Program-made: the position numbers and the translations under genes | The notes under the pieces: model-generated | Databases searched by the model: none | What the model was told of the DNA's origin: nothing | What the model saw: the letters and a program-made list of their open reading frames with translations, nothing else | Assembly: GCF_001017655.1 (NCBI RefSeq) | Contig: NZ_CP010904.1 | Coordinates: 120,001-152,000 of the forward strand | Reading direction: 5' to 3' | DNA: 32,000 nt | DNA from: Kiritimatiella glycovorans | GTDB lineage: Bacteria; Verrucomicrobiota; Kiritimatiellia; Kiritimatiellales; Kiritimatiellaceae | Part shown: positions 1-6,665 of the stretch, piece by piece | Layout: every line of letters starts with the position of its first letter | Position numbering within the stretch: the first letter of the stretch is position 1

Positions 1-1403
1 TGGGTCACGAGCCGCCCCGAATTCTCTTCGGCGATGCCGAGCCGGGCATGGGCCATGGGCCCGAAGGCGGTTTCCGAAACGTACCAGCGTCCGGTGATGT
101 TGCGTTCGCTGCCGATCGCCCCGACGGGACAGACCAGCGGGCAGAGCCCGCAGCCCTCGCAGGCCAGCGGCTCCACGCGGTACGTTTTAGCGACGCCGTC
201 TCCCGGCGGGCCGTCGAACCGTATGGCGTTGAAGTGACAGGCCTGCGCGCATCGGCCGCAGCCCACGCAGCGCATGGGATCGATCTCCGCCTTGATGCCC
301 CCCGCGAAATCGTGCCCCTCCCTCACCGCGGGGGCGAGGAGCAGGTGCAGGTCCGCGGCATCCACGTCGTTGTCCGCCAGCACCTTGTTCCGCGCCAGGT
401 GCGCCAGCGAACTGACCACCGTCGTCTTGCCGGTGCCGCCCTTGCCGCTGATCACGGTGACCTCGCGGCACTCGTCCGCATCGCCCTCCTCAAAGGCGGC
501 CGGTTCGTCCTCCGCGAGCTCGAAGATCTCCTCTTCAGGGCAGGGCGGGGCCGCGGCGTACAGGTGATCGTAGATGCCCAGCAGATTCTCCCGCAGCTCC
601 GGGAAGGCCTCCGCCAGGAAGTCCCCGCGCGAATAGGCCTCCGCATACGTGCGCCTGAACGGGATGCGCCCCGCAATGGGGATTCCGACCCGCTGGGCAT
701 AGTCCGCAATGATCCGGTCTTCGCCGTTGGAGCGGTTGATCACGATCCCCGTCGGGACCCCGAGCTTGAGAGTCAGCCCCACGGCCAGCTTGAGGTCGTT
801 CAGGCCGAACGGGGTCGGCTCGGTCACCAGCAGGGCGACGTCCGATCCCTCGACGGCCTCGACGACGGGGCAGGCGGTACCCGGCGAGGCGTCGATGATA
901 TTGACCGCATCCGGGTCGATATATGTTTTGACGTCGCGCACCACGTTCGGCGCCAGGGCCTCGCCGATGTTCAGCAGCCCGTGCGCGAAAAAGAACGGAT
1001 TGGCGGGATCGTCGGCCGGCTCCGCGACCTGGACCTTCCCGATCGCGGTGTCGACCTCCGTAAACGCCTTCTCGGGGCAGACGTAGGAGCAGACTCCGCA
1101 GGAATGGCACAGCTCATTAAACACGAGCACCTTGTCGTTGACCACCGCGATGGCGTTGTAGTTGCACGCCTCGGCGCATTTCCCGCAGGCGGTGCATCGT
1201 TCGCTGTCCCATACGGGTTTCGGCGCAAGCACCTCCCGTCCGTCGGTGAAAGAGGGTTTGACGAAGAGGTGATCGTTCGGCTCCTCGACATCGCAGTCGA
1301 GCAGCCGGACGGGTTCACCGCGTTGCGCGAGCGACGAGGCCAGATTGACCGCAAAGGTCGTCTTGCCCGTACCGCCTTTTCCGCTGGCGATCGTGATAAT
1401 CAT
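1..1403 (-). CDS. MinD/ParA-type P-loop ATPase with 4Fe-4S ferredoxin domains. Two complete ATPase-ferredoxin modules are fused in one frame. The 3' end lies beyond the window.
   Basis: Manual reverse-strand translation from ATG at 1403: MIITIASGKGGTGKTTFAVNLASSLAQRGEPVRLLDCDVEEPN... (Walker A), CTACGKCAEACNYNAI and CHSCGVCSYVCPEKA (2x CxxCxxCxxxCP-type). After an acidic linker comes a second module: VTVISGKGGTGKTTVVSSLA, CVGCGRCAQACHFNAI, CEGCGLCPLVCPVGAI, ...EENSGRLVT. The frame is open to position 1 (467 codons), and I verified it codon by codon at several points. It is absent from the ORF track because no stop lies inside the window. Confidence 0.85.
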   Translation of the reverse strand, partial: MIITIASGKGGTGKTTFAVNLASSLAQRGEPVRLLDCDVEEPNDHLFVKPSFTDGREVLAPKPVWDSERCTACGKCAEACNYNAIAVVNDKVLVFNELCHSCGVCSYVCPEKAFTEVDTAIGKVQVAEPADDPANPFFFAHGLLNIGEALAPNVVRDVKTYIDPDAVNIIDASPGTACPVVEAVEGSDVALLVTEPTPFGLNDLKLAVGLTLKLGVPTGIVINRSNGEDRIIADYAQRVGIPIAGRIPFRRTYAEAYSRGDFLAEAFPELRENLLGIYDHLYAAAPPCPEEEIFELAEDEPAAFEEGDADECREVTVISGKGGTGKTTVVSSLAHLARNKVLADNDVDAADLHLLLAPAVREGHDFAGGIKAEIDPMRCVGCGRCAQACHFNAIRFDGPPGDGVAKTYRVEPLACEGCGLCPLVCPVGAIGSERNITGRWYVSETAFGPMAHARLGIAEENSGRLVT

Positions 1404-1428
1404 AAATTTCCGTTCCCTTTCCGGTCTT

Positions 1429-1641
1429 CTATTCCGAGCGCGTCATGGTCGCGCCGCAGGCGGGACATTGGCGCTGATTGCACGGCGTCCCGCGCCCGTG
1501 GGCCACGCGTTTCCCGCATGCGGGGCAGACGCAGGACCCTCCGGCGCCGAAGCCGGCACCGCCCTGACGTCCCATGCCCCGGCCTTTTCCGCGGCCGCGG
1601 CCGTCGCCCATCGGTCCGGTTCCATCTCCTCGCGGCATCAT
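1429..1641 (-). CDS. Small DUF5320-like protein with an RG-rich segment and a C-terminal zinc ribbon
   Basis: Internal start MMPRGDGTGPMG (ATG ATG at 1641/1638) directly preceded by GGGAGGTGG. The N-terminus matches the MPRGDGTGP signature of DUF5320. This is followed by GRGRGKGRGMGRQGG and then CVCPACG...CPACG (two CPxCG knuckles). Confidence 0.65.
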   Translation of the reverse strand: MMPRGDGTGPMGDGRGRGKGRGMGRQGGAGFGAGGSCVCPACGKRVAHGRGTPCNQRQCPACGATMTRSE

Positions 1642-1707
1642 CCACCTCCCTGCAGTCGAGGACGACGGATGCGCCGGAGCATTCCGGCGCACCCGTTCTC
1701 TGTCCGC

Positions 1708-2082
1708 TTACTTCCCGTCCGATTCCAGATCCGCGATGCGCTTGCGGATATCCTCCAGCGCTTCCTGCAAAGATCCCGCCTGTCCCTTCAACGCCTCCAG
1801 CTCCTGCTCCGGAGCCGGAGCCGCGCCGTAGGGATAGGGAGCGCCCGCGGGCGGATAAGCCGGGGCGGCGTACGGCTGAGGCCCGTATCCTCCCCGCCCG
1901 CGTCCTCCGCGAAAGCCGAATCCGAGCCCGCGACCGAATCCGCCGCGTCCGCGCCCGAACCCGAATCCGCGGCCGGGAACCGGGTTGGCGTATCCGGGCA
2001 CTCCGTACCCGGCGCAGTATCCCGCAGCGCGTCCCGTCATCGGTCCCATTCCTGCCGGTCCTGTTCCATCTCCACCTGGCAT
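1708..2082 (-). CDS. DUF5320-family protein with an RGG/FG low-complexity region and a C-terminal coiled-coil-like tail
   Basis: Internal ATG at 2082 with GGGAGG upstream. Sequence: MPGGDGTGPAGMGPMTGRAAGYCAG..., then GRGFGFGRGRGGFGRGLGFGFRGGRGRGG, a P/A/Y-rich stretch, then EQELEALKGQAGSLQEALEDIRKRIADLE. The upstream 86 codons of track ORF 1708..2340 look non-coding. Confidence 0.7.
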   Translation of the reverse strand: MPGGDGTGPAGMGPMTGRAAGYCAGYGVPGYANPVPGRGFGFGRGRGGFGRGLGFGFRGGRGRGGYGPQPYAAPAYPPAGAPYPYGAAPAPEQELEALKGQAGSLQEALEDIRKRIADLESDGK

Positions 2083-2152
2083 AATGCACCTCCCTGTGCT
2101 GTGTATCTTCCTCGAATCGCGCGCCCCGACGGACGACGCGATCCCGCTTCTC

Positions 2153-2545
2153 CTAAACGCTTCCTCCGCGAAAGCGCCGCCTGCGGCCGCCTCCGCGGCC
2201 CCGGCCCCGCCTGCCGCCGAAGACCGGCTCCGGCCAGGGCTCGGCCGGGTGCAGCGCCCCGGTTCTCCATGCCTCCAGCACGCCCTCCGGTGTGCCCGCG
2301 GCATGAGGGACCACGTCGATGCCGTGTCCCCGGATCGCACTCCACGTGGCCGGATCGATCCCCGCGCAGAGCAGGGTCCCCACGTCGCGCCGCATCAGCT
2401 CGCGGCCCCAGGCAAGCGGATGCCACCCGCGGGTCGATACCTCCGCGCCCGCGTCCGGCGACGCGCCCGTATCAACCACCAGCAGCCGCGTCCCCGCAAA
2501 ACAGGGCGCCATCCTTCCTCCACGGGTCACCAGTGCCGCTTTCAT
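2153..2545 (-). CDS. NifB/NifX-like (FeMo-cofactor-binding fold family) small protein with a C-terminal RG-rich tail
   Basis: MKAALVTRGGRMAPCFAGTRLLVVD...LLCAGIDPATWSAIRGHGIDVV...GVLEAWRTGAL matches the layout of the small NifX/NifB-C-terminal family and of the paralog at 4067-4471. It ends in FGGRRGRGRGGGRRRRFRGG. An alternative in-frame ATG at 2512 follows GGAGGAAGG. Confidence 0.7.
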   Translation of the reverse strand: MKAALVTRGGRMAPCFAGTRLLVVDTGASPDAGAEVSTRGWHPLAWGRELMRRDVGTLLCAGIDPATWSAIRGHGIDVVPHAAGTPEGVLEAWRTGALHPAEPWPEPVFGGRRGRGRGGGRRRRFRGGSV

Positions 2546-2557
2546 GCCTGACCGTGT

Positions 2558-2574
2558 ATGCATGTGTCGTGCCA
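2558..2574 (-). promoter_or_regulatory. Sigma-54 (-24/-12) promoter
   Basis: The minus strand reads TGGCACGACACATGCAT. Against the consensus TGGCACG-N4-TTGCW, GG and GC are correctly spaced and there is one mismatch in the -12 box. It lies between the sigma-54 activator gene and the downstream Fe-S cluster genes. Confidence 0.6.
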
Positions 2575-2687
2575 TTACAGGATTACGATATCTGTAACGA
2601 TATGAACGCGAAGGGATAAAAAAAATATACGCGCGGCGGTGCGACCCGGGGCCATGTGGCATGTTGCGAGTGCCGTCGAGGCGAGCC

Positions 2688-2700
2688 TTGCAGAATGCAA
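2688..2700. promoter_or_regulatory. Palindrome TTGCA-GAA-TGCAA, a candidate upstream activator site for the adjacent sigma-54 activator
   Basis: Perfect 5-bp inverted arms lie about 125 bp upstream of the -24/-12 element. An A8 tract (2618-2625) sits between them, which is unusual in this GC-rich DNA. Confidence 0.3.
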
Positions 2701-2726
2701 CGGCTCATGGCTTTCGGTTCCGGGTC

Positions 2727-4070
2727 TCAGTCGATTCCGTAGCGGTGCATCTTACGGTAGAGGGTACTGGGGTTGATACCGAGCTGGCGGGCGGCGGCCG
2801 CGCGGTTCCCGGCCTGATCGCGCAGGGCGCTGCGGATGGCCTTCTGTTCGAGGCCCTTGAGGGTCAGCGGCGGGGAGGTCTGGTCCTCCGTACTCTCGCG
2901 GAGTTCGGCGGGCAGGTGCTGCGGCTGCACGGCGTTGCCGCGGCAGAGGACGAAGGCGTGTTGGATAACATTCTCGAGTTCGCGGATATTACCGGGGAAG
3001 TCGTGGCGCATGAGGATCTCGTAGACGGCGGGGTCGAGGCGTTCGATCTCTTTGCCGGTCTCGGCGTTGAACCGCCGCCGGAAGTGTTCGGCGAGCAGCG
3101 GGATATCGCATCGCCGCTCGCGCAGCGGCGGGAGTTCCAGCCGCAGCACGTTGAGGCGGTAGTACAGGTCCTGCCGGAAGGTGCCCTCGCTGAGCAGGTC
3201 CGCCAGTCTGCGGTTGGTGGCCGCCAGGATCCGCGCGTCGCTTCGCACCGGCTCGCTGGAGCCGAGGGGCTCATAGGTCTTCTCCTGGAGCACGCGCAGG
3301 AGGCGGACCTGCATGGCCGCGGAGATGTTGCCGATCTCGTCGAGGAACAGGGTTCCGCCGCGTGCGGCATCGAACCGCCCGGGGCGGTCGGACCTGGCAT
3401 CGGTGAACGCGCCTTTGCGGTGGCCGAAGAGTTCGGATTCCAGCAGCGTGTCGGGGAGCGCGCCGCAGTTGACGGCGATGAAGGGGCCCTCGCTCCGGTC
3501 GCTGAGATTGTGGATGGCGCGGGCCAGCAGTTCCTTGCCGGTGCCGCTTTCGCCCTCGATGAGCACCGGGACTTCGGAGGCGGCGACGTCGGGGAGGATC
3601 GCGAAGATGTCGTGCATGTCGGGATGGCGGCTGACGATATCCTGAAAGGTGTAGTTCTGTTCAACGCGCCGCCGCAGGTCCTCCTCGCCGCTCACGTCGC
3701 GGAAAGTCTCGATGCCGCCGATGCATGTTCCGCGGGCGTCGCGCAGCGGGGCGGCGTTGACGCAGACCGTGAACGGGCGGCCGTAGTGATCGATGATGGT
3801 CACCCGCCGGTCCGTTACGCTCGCTTCGGTCTGCGTGACCTCGTCGACGATACAGCGCTCGCCGCAGACGTCGGAGCGGAAGATCTCGCTGCAGGGCCGA
3901 CCGATCGCATCGGTGGCGTCGAAGCCGGTGATCCGCTCCGCGGCGCGGTTGAAGAAGGTGATCCGCTTCTCGCGGTCGACCGTAAACACGCCCTCCGCAA
4001 TACAGTCGAGCATCGCCTCGAGCTGCTTCATGTCGGCATGCTTATTCTGGAGGCGCGAGTCGGAGGTCAT
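2727..4070 (-). CDS. PAS-domain sigma-54-dependent transcriptional activator (bacterial enhancer-binding protein, Fis-type HTH)
   Basis: Start [32 protein letters not shown] (PAS). AAA+ core: [23 protein letters not shown] (GAFTGA-loop variant), [27 protein letters not shown]-terminal HTH: [23 protein letters not shown]. The start overlaps the upstream stop by 4 nt (ATGA). Confidence 0.9.
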   Translation of the reverse strand: MTSDSRLQNKHADMKQLEAMLDCIAEGVFTVDREKRITFFNRAAERITGFDATDAIGRPCSEIFRSDVCGERCIVDEVTQTEASVTDRRVTIIDHYGRPFTVCVNAAPLRDARGTCIGGIETFRDVSGEEDLRRRVEQNYTFQDIVSRHPDMHDIFAILPDVAASEVPVLIEGESGTGKELLARAIHNLSDRSEGPFIAVNCGALPDTLLESELFGHRKGAFTDARSDRPGRFDAARGGTLFLDEIGNISAAMQVRLLRVLQEKTYEPLGSSEPVRSDARILAATNRRLADLLSEGTFRQDLYYRLNVLRLELPPLRERRCDIPLLAEHFRRRFNAETGKEIERLDPAVYEILMRHDFPGNIRELENVIQHAFVLCRGNAVQPQHLPAELRESTEDQTSPPLTLKGLEQKAIRSALRDQAGNRAAAARQLGINPSTLYRKMHRYGID

Positions 4071-4471
4071 CCCGTACCCCCCGGGTCCGGTCGCGAACGC
4101 GTCCCGTCCCGCCCGTAGCCGCGGGATACGTCGGGGCGATTCGAGGCTGCGAGCGTCCCGGCCCGCCAGGCCTCGACGACCTCCCGCGCCGACCCCCCGG
4201 CGTCCCGGACGACCGCCACTTTTCCCGCCTCCAGCACGGCGTACGCATTGGGTCCGCAGTGTCCCGTGATCACCGCCTCCGCGTTCAGATCGATGACGCG
4301 CTGCGCGGTCTGAATGCCGGCGCCCCGCCCGGCTTCGAGATTGCGGCTGTTGTCGTGGGCCGACCACGTATCCGTCTCCGTGTCATACAGCAGAAGAAAC
4401 CGCGCCCGCCCGAAACGGGGGTCGAGGGGCGATTCGGGGCGTTCGCCCAGTGCGGTGATGACGATGTTCAT
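4067..4471 (-). CDS. NifB/NifX-like (FeMo-cofactor-binding fold family) small protein
   Basis: Internal ATG at 4471: MNIVITALGERPESPLDPRFGRARFLLLYDTETD...GAGIQTAQRVIDLNAEAVITGHCGPNAYAVLEAGKVAVV...VVEAWRAG. This is the typical pattern of the family. Confidence 0.75.
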   Translation of the reverse strand: MNIVITALGERPESPLDPRFGRARFLLLYDTETDTWSAHDNSRNLEAGRGAGIQTAQRVIDLNAEAVITGHCGPNAYAVLEAGKVAVVRDAGGSAREVVEAWRAGTLAASNRPDVSRGYGRDGTRSRPDPGGTG

Positions 4472-4599
4472 GGTGCCGGGATTCCTTCTCGTGCCGTCGG
4501 TCTTGCGGGGGTTGACGATACGCATTATAATAAAACGCGCGTGATTTTAAAGTCCGGATCCTCCGGCCACGGAAAACAGACGGGAACGAACCTCGCGCG

Positions 4600-5235
4600 A
4601 TGCCAAAGATACTCCCTTTCGAACGGGAACCCCGGCGGTATGACCGGTGGTTCGATGATCACGACGCCGCCTACCGCTCCGAGCTGGCCGCGATCCGGGA
4701 ACTCCTTCCGCCGCGCCCGGGACGGGCGCTGGAGATCGGAAGCGGGACCGGACGCTTTGCACTCCCGCTGGGTATCCGGGAAGGCGTGGAGCCCTCGCCG
4801 GCCATGCGACGAAGGTCCGCCGCGCGCGGCCTGCACGCGATCGACGGCGTCGCGGAAGCGCTCCCGTTCGACGACGCCCGGTTCGATCTTGTCCTTATGG
4901 TGACGACGATCTGTTTCGTGGACGATGCCGCGCAGAGCTGCCGGGAGGCGGCGAGGGTCTTGCATCCCGGAGGACGGTTCATCGTCGGTCTGGTCGACCG
5001 CGACAGTTTTCTCGGCGAGTCCTACGAGGCTCGAAGAAAGGAAAGCGTGTTCTACCGTGACGCGCGCTTCTTCAGCGCGGCGGAGGTCGTCGATTTTATG
5101 AAGGATGCCGGGATGCGGGAGTTCCGGTTCCGGCAGACCCTCTTCAGCATGCCGGCAGAACTCGCCGGTCCCGATTCGATCCGTGAAGGATACGGGGAGG
5201 GAGGGTTTGCGGCGATTTCGGGGGAAAGGGGTTAA
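4600..5235 (+). CDS. Class I SAM-dependent methyltransferase (type 11-like)
   Basis: ALEIGSGTGRFA (motif I), FDLVLMVTTICFVDD, LHPGGRFIVG. Confidence 0.85.
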   Translation: MPKILPFEREPRRYDRWFDDHDAAYRSELAAIRELLPPRPGRALEIGSGTGRFALPLGIREGVEPSPAMRRRSAARGLHAIDGVAEALPFDDARFDLVLMVTTICFVDDAAQSCREAARVLHPGGRFIVGLVDRDSFLGESYEARRKESVFYRDARFFSAAEVVDFMKDAGMREFRFRQTLFSMPAELAGPDSIREGYGEGGFAAISGERG

Positions 5236-5263
5236 TCGGGATTCACCACAGACCACAGAAAAC

Positions 5264-5827
5264 ATGATACGATCCGTGAGACTCTGTTTTGCTCATTCGC
5301 TGCAGGTGAAGGGCGCGCGCACGATTGAATTTTCGGGCGGAATGAATGTCGTGGCCGGACCCAACGGGTCCGGGAAGAGCACGCTTCTCCGCGCCCTCAA
5401 CACCTGCGAACGCTGCGAAATCCGACGCGCCGGCGGTGCCCCGGTCAGGTATTTCAGCGCGGAGACGATGAACCCGCATCACCCGACGGGGCCCGCCGGG
5501 GATATGCAGGAGATGATCCTGCGGGTGCGCGGCGTCTTTACCTCGCATGGCGAGATTATGAGATCGGCCCTCGCCGCCGTCCCGCTGAGAGAGGGTGAGA
5601 CCCTGCTCGTCGACGAACCGGAGGCCGGTCAGGACCTGGAAGGCGTGAAGAGGATACGGGAGGCTTTCGATGTCCTTTGTGCGAGGGGAGGACAGGTCAT
5701 CGCCGCGACCCACCACCCGGTGCTGATGGAGGGTGTGAAAGTCATCGAACTCGTGCCGGGGTATGTCGGGCGTATGCGGGCGGAGTGCCGTCGCTGGCTG
5801 GGAGAGGATGCGGATCGCTCATCCTGA
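5264..5827 (+). CDS. Small (187 aa) ABC-type/AAA P-loop ATPase
   Basis: Internal ATG at 5264. Motifs: GPNGSGKSTLLRAL (Walker A), TSHGE (signature-like), LLVDEPEAGQD (Walker B), IAATHH (H-loop). Confidence 0.6.
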   Translation: MIRSVRLCFAHSLQVKGARTIEFSGGMNVVAGPNGSGKSTLLRALNTCERCEIRRAGGAPVRYFSAETMNPHHPTGPAGDMQEMILRVRGVFTSHGEIMRSALAAVPLREGETLLVDEPEAGQDLEGVKRIREAFDVLCARGGQVIAATHHPVLMEGVKVIELVPGYVGRMRAECRRWLGEDADRSS

Positions 5828-5873
5828 GGCGGTTGGGCTGACGCGGACATCGCGAGCCGGGGGGGACGTAATC

Positions 5874-6328
5874 CGTATTCGTACTCGTACTCGGTACACG
5901 TACTCGGACCGCCGAAGGCGCGATCCCACTCCCCCGGTTCAAGGAACTCGAGTACGAATTATGTTCTCTCTGAATCCCGATTTCGACCTCGATCCGAATT
6001 TCGAGATCCCCTCCGTGTCATCGGTCGAAAACACAAGAAAGGTCTCTCGCAAAGGCGCCGGGATCGCAAAGATGAATGAGAAGAGCACAGGCAAAGAAAT
6101 GGTGCGTTCTCTCTTACGTTCGTAGTAGCGCCGCAGGCCTGCGAAGCAGGGCCAGGGCCGTGATCTTCACGCGCCTGGCCTGCCGGAGGCAGGCTTGCGG
6201 CGCTACTACGAACGATATCACGCGCCTTGGCCCTTCGGACGCGTGCGGCGCTACTACGAACGTTTGTCGTCTCCCATCCCGCCTCTTCCCCGAACGGCTC
6301 CACCGCAAAAATCTGCGAAGAACCCGGC
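5874..6328. repeat. Structured intergenic repeat element, left copy, inverted relative to 9764-10149
   Basis: By-eye alignment with the reverse complement of 9764-10149 shows only scattered mismatches over about 300 bp (6022-6328). There is a further match in the (GTACTC)n-rich outer part, and the left copy carries roughly 90 bp of extra sequence. Confidence 0.8.
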
Positions 6329-6407
6329 GGTCAGATAAACCATTGAAGAAGCCGCCCGGGTCCCCCACAATGGCTGCGTTCGGCCGGTCCTGCTGAGAGG
6401 TACGATT

Positions 6408-6665
6408 ATGCCGCTGCCCCCGGTACATCAAACGCTGCGCCATGCGCTGAGACTTGCCTTCGGGTGGATCTTTCTCGTGCTGGGTGTACTCGGCCTTTTC
6501 CTGCCGCTGCTCCAGGGGCTGCTCTTCCTGGTGATCGGCTCGGCGCTGCTCGCCCCCGGCAACCCGCACCTGGCCCGCATGCGGGAGCGTTTCTACCGCC
6601 GGTTCCCGCGCGTGCGCCAGTGGACGCAACGCCTCCACGACCATTTTCACAGGCGGAAGACATGA
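6408..6665 (+). CDS. Small two-TM membrane protein (YbaN/DUF454- or PGPGW-like)
   Basis: FGWIFLVLGVLGLFLPLLQGLLFLVIGSALLA is hydrophobic and is followed by a basic tail. The stop overlaps the next ATG (ATGA). Confidence 0.5.
   Translation: MPLPPVHQTLRHALRLAFGWIFLVLGVLGLFLPLLQGLLFLVIGSALLAPGNPHLARMRERFYRRFPRVRQWTQRLHDHFHRRKT

Noticed and set aside
48-2084. 678-aa plus-strand ORF, the longest in the first 2 kb
   Set aside because: It has Arg/Gly/Ala/Pro-rich composition and no recognisable motifs. It lies antisense to four minus-strand genes with clear family signatures and RBSs, so it is a typical high-GC antisense artefact.
4071-4367. N-terminal 99-aa extension of the sigma-54 activator ORF. 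Similar extensions occur at ORFs 2153..2662, 1708..2340, 5105..5827, 6464..8329, 10304..11524, 12444..13883 and 29457..31934.
   Set aside because: The extensions are Arg/Gly/Pro-rich, overlap upstream genes and lack homology-like sequence. The internal starts have RBSs and match family N-termini.
1-4471. Calling the cluster a nitrogen-fixation (nif) locus
   Set aside because: Only small NifX/NifB-C-terminal-fold proteins are present. No nifH, nifD, nifK, nifE, nifN or radical-SAM NifB domain is present in the window.
4512-4531. Sigma-70 promoter TTGACG ... TATAAT for the methyltransferase gene
   Set aside because: Only 8 nt separate the two hexamers. The TATAAT/ATTATA sequence may still act as a -10 element for one of the divergent genes, but I cannot support a full promoter call.
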